A DNA stretch of 64,000 bases from Candidatus Bathyarchaeia archaeon (GTDB lineage: Archaea > Thermoproteota > Bathyarchaeia > Bathyarchaeales > DTEX01). The notes under the pieces were generated by a model. It ran no database searches. It was not told the DNA's origin and saw only the letters and a list, made by a program, of their open reading frames with translations. This document shows, piece by piece, positions 29,204-39,336 of this stretch; positions within the stretch are counted from its first letter, which is position 1; each line of letters starts with the position of its first letter. The stretch is from the NCBI GenBank assembly GCA_038868075.1, contig JAWBXB010000002.1, positions 73,769 through 137,768 of the forward strand, in the 5' to 3' direction. The translations under genes and the position numbers were made by a program.

Positions 29204-29959
29204 TTAACTTAGTTTAAGAATTATTTCAATTGGGCAGTCAGGTGGAACTTTAATCTTTCTCATCCACTTATCTCCGACTGCTATCATTGCGAATATTCCT
29301 GCAACTTCAGACTTTGCTTTATAAACGAGGTTGAGTAATGCATTCTGGGAGTCTCCGCTCTTTATTATGTCATCAACTATCAGAACACTGTCGCGCTTCT
29401 TGATCGAATCCCTTGGAATATAAAGTGTTAAAGTGTAACCTGAATCACTCAAAATATAGGTTTCCTCGAGGAATGAGGAGACCCCCACCTCCTTTGTAGT
29501 CTTTGCAATAACCAAATTAACGCCTAAGGCATTGGCAACCATCGTTGCAAGCGGGATACCGTCAACAGCTGAAGTTAAAACTTTGGTTATTCTTTTTCCA
29601 GCAAATTTAGCTATTGCATAATTTGCAGCCTGCCTAAGGAGAGTTATGTCCCCTATGAGGAGCGTATTATCAAAGTATCCGCTATCATCAAATTTTAATC
29701 TTCTCCTAAACTCATTCTCTAACCCAACTATCTTTGATAAAACTTCCCAAAGCTGGCGTGCTCTATCCTTATTTGGTAGAACATGTCCTTTTGCATATCT
29801 GCTTAGAACAGTTACTGGTAGATCTGTTTTAGCAGACAGATCTCTATAGGTAAAATATTTTTTTGCTGTCCGTAAGAGTTCGACTGTTGCTAAACGAAAT
29901 TTCAAATCTTCAGCGTGAGTTAGAGCCTTAATTTCTTCAGATGTTAATTCGTGCAGCAT
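29204..29959 (-). CDS. HTH plus phosphoribosyltransferase-fold protein (PurR/APRT-like regulator)
   Basis: N-terminal HTH (TYRDLS..TDLPVTVLSRY) and PRPP-binding LIVDDIIKSG. Confidence 0.8.
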   Translation of the reverse strand: MLHELTSEEIKALTHAEDLKFRLATVELLRTAKKYFTYRDLSAKTDLPVTVLSRYAKGHVLPNKDRARQLWEVLSKIVGLENEFRRRLKFDDSGYFDNTLLIGDITLLRQAANYAIAKFAGKRITKVLTSAVDGIPLATMVANALGVNLVIAKTTKEVGVSSFLEETYILSDSGYTLTLYIPRDSIKKRDSVLIVDDIIKSGDSQNALLNLVYKAKSEVAGIFAMIAVGDKWMRKIKVPPDCPIEIILKLS

Positions 29960-30338
29960 TAGATACCATCTCCTAGGCGAAATTATCTTACTTAATTAAC
30001 TAAGCAGAGGAGATTAACAATTTTATTTTCTGTATCCCTTATAATAGTTCGAAAACAATTCCTGTAAAATGGGACGTAAATAATTGAGAAAAAACTATTA
30101 ATGAGGCATTTTAAGTTTCGTTTTACAGCCGGGGCAATAACATGTAATATTCAGCTTAAAAATAAATAAAAAAGGTTTCTTTATATTTTGGAATGCGCAA
30201 CTTAAAGATCGCCAAATAATTATGAGGATATATTTGGACATGTTTATTAAGTGCGTCTTCAAGAGAAAATTTAAAGAAGTATGTTTTCACCACAATTAAC
30301 TTAGGTAACTTCAATATGGGAGAAATAATTTAGTCAAG

Positions 30339-30794
30339 ATGGAAGGTGCGGGTAATCTTATGGGTAGCGAAGAGGGTTCGAAAAGAAGGAGTCGCGTGAA
30401 AATCCTGTATAAACCACCTAAAGAAATAGTTATACTCGATTATTTTCAGTTCTCTAGGGATGCTTTGGATCAAATGTTTGCTCGGCTAATTCACTCTGGA
30501 CTACCAGTTATAGCGCAGTGGGCTGAGGGACTGATTTTCATTTATTTTCCACTAGCGCCGGATACTGATGAATTAATGGAAAATTATCTTAAGGGAAGGA
30601 TCTTTTGGAACTCTGTTAGCTTTGCTTTAATGCCAAAGTATTCTCCATCAATCAAGGTTGGTGGATTAGAGATACCGGTTCTGGATGTTTCAAGCCATCC
30701 GGTTCTAGTGGAGGTTGCAAGATGGCTGAAAAAGCACGCTAAGCCTGAGGTAAAAACAGAGGCTGGTATCATAAGAGGAAACCAGGTAACATAG
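30339..30794 (+). CDS. Conserved hypothetical protein upstream of aor
   Basis: Clean 151-aa ORF co-oriented with AOR; family not recognised. Confidence 0.65.
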   Translation: MEGAGNLMGSEEGSKRRSRVKILYKPPKEIVILDYFQFSRDALDQMFARLIHSGLPVIAQWAEGLIFIYFPLAPDTDELMENYLKGRIFWNSVSFALMPKYSPSIKVGGLEIPVLDVSSHPVLVEVARWLKKHAKPEVKTEAGIIRGNQVT

Positions 30795-30871
30795 GTTCTT
30801 ACGGAAAACAGAATAACGGATAAATATGGGTTTTTATACTTTTTCTTTAATTCCCCTTAGGAGGAAAAATC

Positions 30872-32725
30872 TTGTTTGGTTATGCTGGTAGGATTTTAAG
30901 GGTGAATTTATCAACAGGAAAAACTATGAATGAGCCATTAAAGGAGGAAATGGCCAAGAAATACATTGGTGGTATAGGTTTAGGAATACGCTTGTTAATT
31001 GATAATTCTAAGCCTGGTATAGATCCATTAAGTCCAGAGAACCCTCTAATACTTGTGACTGGACCATTTAGTGGAACAGTTGCGCCTACAGGCGGTAATG
31101 GACATGCTTTTGTCGCTAAGTCTCCGCTGACCAATGGTGTCGGCGAGGCTAAGTCGCATGGTTTCTTTGGTGCCGAGCTTAAGAGGGCCGGATATGATGC
31201 AGTTATATTTGAGGGTAAATCTGAGAAGCCTGTTTACGTCTGGATAGATGATGATAGCGTCCAGATTATGGATGCAAAGCACCTATGGGGTAAGTCACCG
31301 CAGGAGACTGAGGATGTTATTAGGGAGGAGCTGGGTGACTACTACATCCGCGTAGCAGCAATAGGTTTGGCTGGTGAAAAGCTCTCGAGGATTGCTTGCA
31401 TAATTAATGATAAGACTAGGGCTGCTGGAAGATGCGGTTTAGGCGCTGTTATGGGCTCAAAGAATCTTAAGGCTATAGCCGTTAGGGGAACTAAGGATGT
31501 TCCAGTAGCTAAGCCAGAGGAATTCCTCGAATTCGTTAAGGTTCTACATGAGAGGATGAAGGGTCCGGCAACGGTTAAGTATAGGACTCTCGGAACCCCA
31601 CAGAACGTTTTGGTCCACAATTCACTTGGCTGTTTACCAACAAGAAACTTCACGAGCGCCGTCTTTGAGGGGGCTGAAAAGGTTAGCGGCGAATACCTAA
31701 ACATGCATTTTGTTACAAAGATTATTGGTTGCTCCTCATGCGCTATGAGATGCGAGCACATAGCGGTTGTGCCGGAGGGACCGTATAAGGGGACTATGGC
31801 TAGGGTTGAGTATGAGCCGCTTTGGGCTTTTGGTCCCCACTGTGGCGTTGATCGCATGGATGCCATAATTAAAGCCATAGACTTATGCAACTATTATGGC
31901 ATGGACTCTATATCTGCCGGTAATATTGTTGGTTTTGCAATGGACTGTTATGAGCATGGAATATTAACTAAGGATGATACTGGCGGATTAGACTTAAGGT
32001 TCGGTAATGCTGAGGCTATGATTAAGTTAACTGAGATGATGGGTAGGCGTGAGGGGCTGGGTAATATATTGGCTGAGGGTGTTAAGAGGGCTGCTGAAAT
32101 GATTGGGAAGGGCGCTGAGAAATTTGCTAATCACATTAAAGGTCTTGAGATGACTGGTTATGATATTAGGGGGCTGAAGACGGCGGCAGTTGGATACGCA
32201 GTCTCATTCCGTGGAGCGGACCATAACAGGCATGGAGCATACGCCCTAGACATAGCTGGAAAGGTTGATAGATTCAAGTTTGAGAAGGGAAGGTCTAAGC
32301 TCGTTATTGAGATAGAAGACCTGTATATGATAATTGATTCGCTTATCGTCTGCAAATTCTCGAGGGGGGTCTACTATAAGGGATTCGAGGACCTAGCCAA
32401 ATACTACACGCTTGTAACTGGAATCGATATGACGGCTGAGGAATTAAGGAGGACGGGTGAGAGGCTGAGCAATCTGGCAAGACTATACAATGTTAGGGAG
32501 GGCTTAACGAGAAAGGATGATCATTTGCCAATCAAGGTTATGACAACACCAATTCCAGATGAAACTGTATCAAAGGGAAGCTACATAACACAGGAGGAGC
32601 TGGACTTCATGCTTGACGATTACTATGCGCATAGGGGTTGGACGAGGAATGGTGTCCCAACGATTGAGAAGGTTACCGAGCTGGGCTTAGAGGATTTAGC
32701 CCATATAGTTAGGGGTAAGCTTTAA
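30872..32725 (+). CDS. aor: Tungsten-dependent aldehyde:ferredoxin oxidoreductase family protein
   Basis: GYAGRILRVNLS, KSPLT, AAGRCGLGAVMGSKNLKA, CSSCAMRC, GMDSISAG, CKFS. Confidence 0.92.
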   Translation: MFGYAGRILRVNLSTGKTMNEPLKEEMAKKYIGGIGLGIRLLIDNSKPGIDPLSPENPLILVTGPFSGTVAPTGGNGHAFVAKSPLTNGVGEAKSHGFFGAELKRAGYDAVIFEGKSEKPVYVWIDDDSVQIMDAKHLWGKSPQETEDVIREELGDYYIRVAAIGLAGEKLSRIACIINDKTRAAGRCGLGAVMGSKNLKAIAVRGTKDVPVAKPEEFLEFVKVLHERMKGPATVKYRTLGTPQNVLVHNSLGCLPTRNFTSAVFEGAEKVSGEYLNMHFVTKIIGCSSCAMRCEHIAVVPEGPYKGTMARVEYEPLWAFGPHCGVDRMDAIIKAIDLCNYYGMDSISAGNIVGFAMDCYEHGILTKDDTGGLDLRFGNAEAMIKLTEMMGRREGLGNILAEGVKRAAEMIGKGAEKFANHIKGLEMTGYDIRGLKTAAVGYAVSFRGADHNRHGAYALDIAGKVDRFKFEKGRSKLVIEIEDLYMIIDSLIVCKFSRGVYYKGFEDLAKYYTLVTGIDMTAEELRRTGERLSNLARLYNVREGLTRKDDHLPIKVMTTPIPDETVSKGSYITQEELDFMLDDYYAHRGWTRNGVPTIEKVTELGLEDLAHIVRGKL

Positions 32726-32772
32726 TAACGGCGTTAACAAACTGAAGAATAAGTTAATGGAGGGAAAATAAG

Positions 32773-33261
32773 ATGTCACATATACATATGAGAAAGTTCG
32801 TTTCAGCAGATCCTGATAAATGTGTTGGATGCAGCGTCTGTGAATATATATGCTCGTTCGAAAAGGAGAAAGTGTTTAATCCATTAAAATCACGTATAAG
32901 GGTTGTCCGATTAGATACAATTGTGAACATGTCCCTTTCATGCAGACTTTGTGAGGATGCTCCTTGTGTAGCAGCATGCCCACGTGATGCATTAAAGCAG
33001 TCTGAGACTACCGGCATAATAATGGTTGATGAGGATAAATGTAATGGTTGCGGATGGTGTATCGAAGCATGTGATTATGGAGCCATAATGCTCCATCCGG
33101 AGAAAAAAGTTGTGTTTGTATGTGATACATGTAATGGCAGCCCGAAGTGTGTAGAGTGGTGCCCTGAAAAAGCCCTAGACTTCATAACCAAAGATGTCCT
33201 AGCACAGAAATCTAGAATATCAGCGGTCAAAAAGTTATTCCAAGAAGTCTTAAAAACTTAA
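32773..33261 (+). CDS. 4Fe-4S dicluster electron-transfer subunit (DmsB/HycB-like)
   Basis: Four Cys clusters (CVGCSVC, CRLCEDAPCVAACP, CNGCGWC, CDTC...C...CP), directly after aor. Confidence 0.9.
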   Translation: MSHIHMRKFVSADPDKCVGCSVCEYICSFEKEKVFNPLKSRIRVVRLDTIVNMSLSCRLCEDAPCVAACPRDALKQSETTGIIMVDEDKCNGCGWCIEACDYGAIMLHPEKKVVFVCDTCNGSPKCVEWCPEKALDFITKDVLAQKSRISAVKKLFQEVLKT

Positions 33262-33629
33262 GATTGGCAGACATTTCCTTCAATTCATATTTAGTTTTTG
33301 TGGAGAACACCTTTTATATTAATTACTGTCCTCTTACATCTACTTCCAGATAATGAAGACTGAATAATAAGCCTACTACAATTGAATGCACCATGGAAAA
33401 ATTTTTCCGTGAACCGACAACTGTAGTCAGCTAACAAAGTAACCCTAGATTTCTAGGGTAACCCAAGCGGTTTCCAGCCGACTGAGAACCCTATGCCCCC
33501 GGAAAAAGAGTCTATAAGCCATCCTAAGAGAACAATTCTTAGCCCCAAAGGGTTTAACCCTAATCCACAAATCTCTGCTCTCCTATAAAAACCAATTTTA
33601 AGCCTTTTTCAAAATTATGGAAAGAAGAT

Positions 33630-33707
33630 TGGTGCTCCGGGCGGGATTTGAACCCGCGTCTCCGGCTCGAAAGGCCGGAATACTTGACCGGTCTATACTA
33701 CCGGAGC
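33630..33707 (-). tRNA. tRNA-Glu(UUC), intronless, CCA encoded
   Basis: GCTCCGG TA GTATAGACCGGTCAAGTAT T CCGGC CT-TTC-GA GCCGG AGAC GCGGG TTCAAAT CCCGC CCGGAGC ACCA. Confidence 0.96.
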
Positions 33708-33736
33708 CCTTAAAATTGTTATTTATGTGCTTATTT

Positions 33737-33943
33737 TTATGCTTCTCCCATGAGGAAGCGCATTTGCGCCAGTCTATCCATTACTTCAACTATGGCTCTC
33801 TCAATATCATGTCTCTTGTTTTTATAGGTTTCTTCATCTATCTTTCCCCTTTTATATTGTTCGTCTAGATTTTTTAGCTCCTTTAAGAGCTGGTCACGTT
33901 GCTTTTCTAAGCTTTTTGTGGTTGCGCTTATCTCATCATACAT
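33737..33943 (-). CDS. Small coiled-coil protein with SHOCT/CdvA-like turn
   Basis: LLKELKNLDEQYKRGKIDEETYKNKRHDIE. Confidence 0.7.
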   Translation of the reverse strand: MYDEISATTKSLEKQRDQLLKELKNLDEQYKRGKIDEETYKNKRHDIERAIVEVMDRLAQMRFLMGEA

Positions 33944-34032
33944 ATTTCACACCGAATCTTTTCTAGAGCGGAATTAAATTTAAAAAGTTTACTCATCCCC
34001 TAATTTAATAAGGTTTTCCAGCAGATACTGTT

Positions 34033-34419
34033 TTGGTGAGTGATGAAATGAGTATATCTAGGGTGCCAATAAAAATAGATGTTGAGGGATTAGGTGAAGC
34101 AAAAGCAATTTTAATACGCATCCTCTCGCCTAGAACTGTAGACGCGATCACCAGACTGCTGCCAATAGAGGGTAGAGCCGCCATATGGCAGAGCCAGATA
34201 TACTTTGAAATTCCAATAAAGCTTGGTATTGAAAAGCCCAGAGAAACAGTTAAGAAGGGGGATTTAGCCTACTGGCCATTTGGGAAAGCCTTCTGCATAT
34301 TCTTTGAGGATATGCGTCCCTATAGCCCAGTAAACCTAATTGGGCAGGTTACAGAGAATATTGATCTATTCAACAAAGTAAAAAGTGGAATGAAAATAGA
34401 AGTAGAAAGAATTCTTTAA
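34033..34419 (+). CDS. Cyclophilin-like fold protein (DUF369/TM1367-like)
   Basis: PRTVDAI...IYFEIP...GDLAYWP.GKAFCIFF...PVN. Confidence 0.8.
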   Translation: MVSDEMSISRVPIKIDVEGLGEAKAILIRILSPRTVDAITRLLPIEGRAAIWQSQIYFEIPIKLGIEKPRETVKKGDLAYWPFGKAFCIFFEDMRPYSPVNLIGQVTENIDLFNKVKSGMKIEVERIL

Positions 34420-34422
34420 GGT

Positions 34423-35934
34423 TTATTTCCTACCGAGTATTTTTCCAAATGTTATGATTATAATTAGCGCCAGTAGGGGTATAATTATTGGATACTCTGG
34501 AATTACACCTGCCCCCTCAATTACTATTGTTCTCATGCCTTGAGCGAAGGTGAAATAGAGATAGACTGCTTCATCGCCAGGAAACTCTCTATAATTATCT
34601 ATCTCAACATCATCAACCCTTATCTTCCAGCCATCATCAGCCCAAATTAATCTACTCAAAATCATCACCCTACAGAAGCCCACAGCCCCCTCAGGACTAG
34701 TAGCCTTAAAAGATATGAAAGGCCCCTCTTCAGGATTGAAATGAAAATCCGATATAGTTGAATTGCTTACAACAATCGCATTATACTCTATTCCATACCA
34801 TGTCCCAGCATAAAACAGTTTAACTGGAGCCATAAGCGGATACCTATCAACTATTTGACCATCAATATGGGGTGTGTCACCTATCCCATCCGCACCAGTC
34901 ACATTTTGATATGAACCACTGTATAGGTCAACTCCACGATAATTTTCCCAATAGTTTCCGCCGACGGGATAACCTTTATCAAAATAATTTTGATCTCCAT
35001 CCTCAATTATTACATCTGCACCATTTTTAAGGAAGCAGTTACCGCAGATAGTGTTATCTCTGGCTTGATATATGCGTATTCCGAAGGAATTCTCCTCTAT
35101 AATATTTGCCTCAAATATATTCAGAATAGATCCCTCATAAATGTCTATTCCGGCAAAACTATTCAGGGTAATATTGTTTCCAAAGATGGTATTAGATACC
35201 GCATAGGATAGTTCTATACCAGTGGCAAAGAGGGAAATAGAATTCCCAGTAACCTTATTGTCTGAGCAGGAAGTGATTACTATGCCTGTCGATAACATAG
35301 TTAAGTTACCCTCAATCCTATTCCAGGATATAATATTATTGTTGGAAGACGAGTCTAGAATTATGCCGCAAGTCGAAGTTTTAATAATATTTTGGGAGAT
35401 TAGATTATTCCCTGAATAATCGGTCAACTTTATTTCATAAAAGTTGCCCCTAAACACGTTATTGAATATATTATTATATGCCGAGCGGTAACCTATTAAA
35501 CCAACCTGATTCTCCTCAACCTCATTACCCGCTACGTTATTAAATGAACTATTCGATAGATAGATACCGAAGGCAAAACCCTTAACCTTCAGATTCTTAA
35601 CAGTTACGTTCTCTCTCCCACTAATATCTACTCCACGCGTATCAAACGGGGCGCTGGAACCCTGAATTGTGAACCCGCGGCCATCAATCACAATGTTATT
35701 CCTCTCAACAATGAGTCCATGATTAAATCCATTGACGGAAATATTACCCGTCAGAAAATATGTTATTTTGTCGGCTGTGGTTACTGGAGCTCCAGAAGGC
35801 TCTATACTGCCATCGCTCCTAATATAGATAGTGCCACTCCATGCTTCAGCGATGCTTGTCTTGAACTCTAGTCCTAAAATCATGATTACTAGTGGGAAGA
35901 GCAAGAGTGATAAGATAATACATCTTTTTAACAT
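34423..35934 (-). CDS. Secreted NosD/parallel beta-helix protein with PEF-CTERM-like sorting tail
   Basis: Signal peptide, repeated N..I..N...GI.L beta-helix turns, GGNYW..Y.G.D...DGIGDTP..D.YPL, and C-terminal VIPEYP plus TM helix plus GRK. Confidence 0.85.
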   Translation of the reverse strand: MLKRCIILSLLLFPLVIMILGLEFKTSIAEAWSGTIYIRSDGSIEPSGAPVTTADKITYFLTGNISVNGFNHGLIVERNNIVIDGRGFTIQGSSAPFDTRGVDISGRENVTVKNLKVKGFAFGIYLSNSSFNNVAGNEVEENQVGLIGYRSAYNNIFNNVFRGNFYEIKLTDYSGNNLISQNIIKTSTCGIILDSSSNNNIISWNRIEGNLTMLSTGIVITSCSDNKVTGNSISLFATGIELSYAVSNTIFGNNITLNSFAGIDIYEGSILNIFEANIIEENSFGIRIYQARDNTICGNCFLKNGADVIIEDGDQNYFDKGYPVGGNYWENYRGVDLYSGSYQNVTGADGIGDTPHIDGQIVDRYPLMAPVKLFYAGTWYGIEYNAIVVSNSTISDFHFNPEEGPFISFKATSPEGAVGFCRVMILSRLIWADDGWKIRVDDVEIDNYREFPGDEAVYLYFTFAQGMRTIVIEGAGVIPEYPIIIPLLALIIIITFGKILGRK

Positions 35935-36082
35935 ACCTTCTCCCCACCTTAATTTTAAAGGTAAGAGATCTACGCATTATGTTGGATCTTGATTTTAAAC
36001 CTTTTGCTCTCTTCTTAAAAATAGAGATAAATAGGACTCTAGATTAGGAGAACAATGGTGAGCCCAGTGGTCGTGTAATAGA

Positions 36083-37111
36083 ATGCTAGGTGTAATTGTA
36101 CCAGCAGAGAAAATAAAGAATCTTTTTTCATTACTCACTAGGCTGGAGAAGGCATTAAATGAGATTGACCATGCTGTAGTAATCGTAGGTAACAAGTCCC
36201 TAAAAATCATGATTGACGGGATGAATAAAGGTTTTATTCACCTACTTACAAGATCTAGGGGGCAGAGTGTAGCATCGGCTATAATTGATGGAATGAAATA
36301 TTGTGCTGATACTCTTAGTGCTGATATTATCGCCGTGATTAATGCTGAAGATGAAGTGGAGAAGCTACCATTAATGCTCAATAAGATTGAGGAGGGCTAC
36401 AATTTAGTGGTGGAAGCTTACACATTTATGAAGAAGGGACAGCCTTTTGGTCAAAAAATTAGAGCGCTAATTGGCGAAAGTATCAATTTGCTGATGAAAA
36501 TATTGCTTCCACGCGTCAGACATTCACCCATCATGTATGGAGAAACCTTCGCGATGAGGACTGAAGTAATTAAAGGTGTAGAAATGAAGCCAAGAGGCTC
36601 CAACATTTTACTGGGAATAATTGAGTATGGCAACTGGAATAAAGTCGCGGTAATTCCCTACATAATTGGGTATAACGTTGGAGAGAAGCCAAAAATTAAT
36701 GTTAGAGCAGCTCTAGGTTTCCTTTTTTCCCTACTATTAGTTTCACCGTTGATTCCAATTCTAATCGCGGGTATCTCTGGAATTATTGTTAACTTATTTA
36801 TACTTTGGCTGCTGCTTCACTTCATACCATTTATGGAATATTATATATCCTCAGTTATAGCGATTGAGATATCAGTAATTAATAATTTTATAATTTCAGA
36901 CCTTTTTCTTTGCAATAAGAGAATAGTTCCAAGAATAATGGGTTTAGTTATGTATCACGGTATTGTTGCAATAAGCATTATAACACAATATGGAACAGCT
37001 AACATACTCCATTATCTACTACATATTAATCCTATCACCTCACAATTTACAGGAATACTGCTAGGCTTCTTTATGACTTATCTGCTCAGCACAGAAAAAA
37101 TTTGGAGATAA
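36083..37111 (+). CDS. Degenerate GT2 (Dol-P-mannose synthase-like) domain fused to GtrA-like membrane domain
   Basis: VIVP, SAIIDG, GYNLVV and C-terminal AIEISVINNFIISDLF. The DxD position reads NAE. Confidence 0.7.
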   Translation: MLGVIVPAEKIKNLFSLLTRLEKALNEIDHAVVIVGNKSLKIMIDGMNKGFIHLLTRSRGQSVASAIIDGMKYCADTLSADIIAVINAEDEVEKLPLMLNKIEEGYNLVVEAYTFMKKGQPFGQKIRALIGESINLLMKILLPRVRHSPIMYGETFAMRTEVIKGVEMKPRGSNILLGIIEYGNWNKVAVIPYIIGYNVGEKPKINVRAALGFLFSLLLVSPLIPILIAGISGIIVNLFILWLLLHFIPFMEYYISSVIAIEISVINNFIISDLFLCNKRIVPRIMGLVMYHGIVAISIITQYGTANILHYLLHINPITSQFTGILLGFFMTYLLSTEKIWR

Positions 37112-37229
37112 TCAATTAGCAGCGTCCCCAAATCACCAATAAATTTATTACTGAAAACATAAATCTTTTCTTCTTATCTCCTTACAATAGTTTAATACGT
37201 TCAACTCAGATTCACTGGATCGGACTATA

Positions 37230-38258
37230 ATGATGAGACTACTAAATATTCTAGCGAGAATGATGAGAGGCAGAATCCTAAATATTATGCAACTATCTAA
37301 TCTAATAAAAATTCTATTTATTCTTTCTTTCACAACATCCTTTTTAATATTATATTTTTTGTATCCAGGATCTTATGAGAGAACATGGAAGGGTAGAATG
37401 TATTACCTCTTCTTTATATGGCTGATATCGCTTGAACTTGCGTTGAACTGGAAGAGAATCGATGTGAAGGTTCAGAGAATTATATCTAAGCGTTTCATAG
37501 CGTTAGCTATCGTAATGCTGCTTCCCATAACATACATTTTAATCGCAAATTTTTCCGGTCTAAACATGCTGATAATGGAGTTATCCCCAAAACATTATGG
37601 ATTAGATTGGTGGTCAATATTCATGCCCCTCACAATAGAATACCTCGTATTCACAGTACTCTCACCGCTAATGGTTATATTAGCTTATGGAACCAGTGGT
37701 CTAAGATATTTCATTCTTCCAATAACCCTAATAGGGGTTGTCGGCTTAATATTCCTCATAGATAACCTCTACCCCTTCGGAGAATTCACGCCATTCCAAA
37801 TAATAGTTCCCTCCGCGGCCATACTTGCATCAAACCTCTTAACCCTATTAGGCTATAGAACTAAACTCGAAGGACAAATTTACGGGACACCAGTTTTAAG
37901 GGTTCAAGGAGAGAAGGGTGAGGCATCCTTTGGCGTAGCTTGGCCATGCTCCGGCATAGACAGTCTCATAATATATTCAATTATAACGATACTATTCCTG
38001 AGAGATGAGGCGGCGACATGGAAGCGGAAAATAGCCTATTTTCTTATAGGCGCCATAATCACATACTTTATAAACATTTTAAGAATAACCAAAATATTTA
38101 TACTAGCAATAGAATACGGCGTCGCATCACTAGAGGTCCAGCGCTTCCACGACCATTACGGTCCATTATTATCTATAACTTGGATTATAACCTACCAGTT
38201 AATAATAATTGGAGTGCGGTCCATCTTAAGGAAAAAGCATGTTAATAAAGGCTTATAA
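37230..38258 (+). CDS. Archaeosortase/exosortase family transpeptidase
   Basis: Multi-TM protein with WPCSG (Cys), INILRI (Arg) and FHD (His) in the family order. Confidence 0.88.
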   Translation: MMRLLNILARMMRGRILNIMQLSNLIKILFILSFTTSFLILYFLYPGSYERTWKGRMYYLFFIWLISLELALNWKRIDVKVQRIISKRFIALAIVMLLPITYILIANFSGLNMLIMELSPKHYGLDWWSIFMPLTIEYLVFTVLSPLMVILAYGTSGLRYFILPITLIGVVGLIFLIDNLYPFGEFTPFQIIVPSAAILASNLLTLLGYRTKLEGQIYGTPVLRVQGEKGEASFGVAWPCSGIDSLIIYSIITILFLRDEAATWKRKIAYFLIGAIITYFINILRITKIFILAIEYGVASLEVQRFHDHYGPLLSITWIITYQLIIIGVRSILRKKHVNKGL

Positions 38259-38278
38259 GTTAAGAGATTAACATATTT

Positions 38279-39313
38279 TTGGGTGAAAGAATGAAATATA
38301 AAATGCTCATATTACTTTTGGCTCTATTTATGTTGGCAATTATTGTATCAGGAAAAAGTGTTCTGGGCATTAATAATAACGTAGAAGTTCCAACCAATCT
38401 CATAGAAAACGTCAGCGTTTCTGTTAATTGCACATCAGCTGAGCTTAGCGTCTTATGCACGGTATCCTCAAGTAATACGTCACTGGTACACTTCCCACCC
38501 CAAGTAGACATGAATAGGGATGAGCTGGTTAACGCTGCCGCTATTATAGCTAGTTTTTCGAGATTCACTTCTGGGCTACTCTTCACCTTTGATAATGTTG
38601 ACACCGAAACAGCCAAATCTCTTGCAGATGCCGTTAAGGGATCGTTAGAGGAGGCATTTGATACGATGTTTACATGGAATTCCACAGAGGTTACAGAAGA
38701 GGGATGCATTGTTACCTATATTAGCTCCGGAAAGGATGACTTACCCAAGTATTTAAGTTGGCTTATGGAGACATGTCTAGCCCCAGATTTAGGCGGCTTC
38801 ACGCTAACGTTTATTCCAGTAATCAATGAAGAAAATGCCTTTATTGAAATTAGCGCTATTAAGGAGGGCGGAGGATTCAACTGGACGTATTCTATGGGAG
38901 TAGGGTACTTTACCACTATGCCAACCGGAGCAGGCCCGCATGAAATAGATTTTCTAGACCTGCTCAATGTTGAGTCGCTTTCACCCTCGAAGTACGCATC
39001 CCAGAATGGTTGGTTCATATCATCAATGGTTATGCTTACTATTGTTTCTAGTGAAAATGTTTCCTATGTGTCCTCTGAGCCTGATACTGTAAATTCACTA
39101 ATCCGAAGAGGCTGGTACATTAACCCCATGACTCAGCCACCTGTACAATTGCAAGCATTATTCAGTTTTGCAGATAACCCAACGCCCATTACTGAGCTCT
39201 TATTCACCTTCAGTGGAATGGTTATACCAGAATTTCCCGCATCAATCTTAATAGCGGCATTGATATCAATAACCCTAGTTATAATTATCGCTAAAAGAAA
39301 ATTCCCCCATTAG
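38279..39313 (+). CDS. Surface protein with PEF-CTERM sorting signal
   Basis: N-terminal signal peptide and C-terminal VIPEFP, TM helix, KRK. Confidence 0.82.
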   Translation: MGERMKYKMLILLLALFMLAIIVSGKSVLGINNNVEVPTNLIENVSVSVNCTSAELSVLCTVSSSNTSLVHFPPQVDMNRDELVNAAAIIASFSRFTSGLLFTFDNVDTETAKSLADAVKGSLEEAFDTMFTWNSTEVTEEGCIVTYISSGKDDLPKYLSWLMETCLAPDLGGFTLTFIPVINEENAFIEISAIKEGGGFNWTYSMGVGYFTTMPTGAGPHEIDFLDLLNVESLSPSKYASQNGWFISSMVMLTIVSSENVSYVSSEPDTVNSLIRRGWYINPMTQPPVQLQALFSFADNPTPITELLFTFSGMVIPEFPASILIAALISITLVIIIAKRKFPH

Positions 39314-39336
39314 AGAGAAAACCCTAAAATATTTAG

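Noticed and set aside
33300-33620. ORF-poor DNA downstream of tRNA-Glu with short palindromes (GGAAAAATTTTTCC, ACCCTAGA-TT-TCTAGGGT) and broken hydrophobic frames
   Set aside because: No integrase, att duplicate or recognisable gene; short palindromes are expected by chance in AT-rich DNA.
33617-33868. 83-aa + strand ORF
   Set aside because: It is antisense to tRNA-Glu and the 68-aa gene.
37229-37290. Two ATGATGA boxes with CTAG/CTAA at the archaeosortase start, resembling a C/D sRNA
   Set aside because: Neither D box is CTGA; the pattern is explained by Met-Met-Arg codon repeats.
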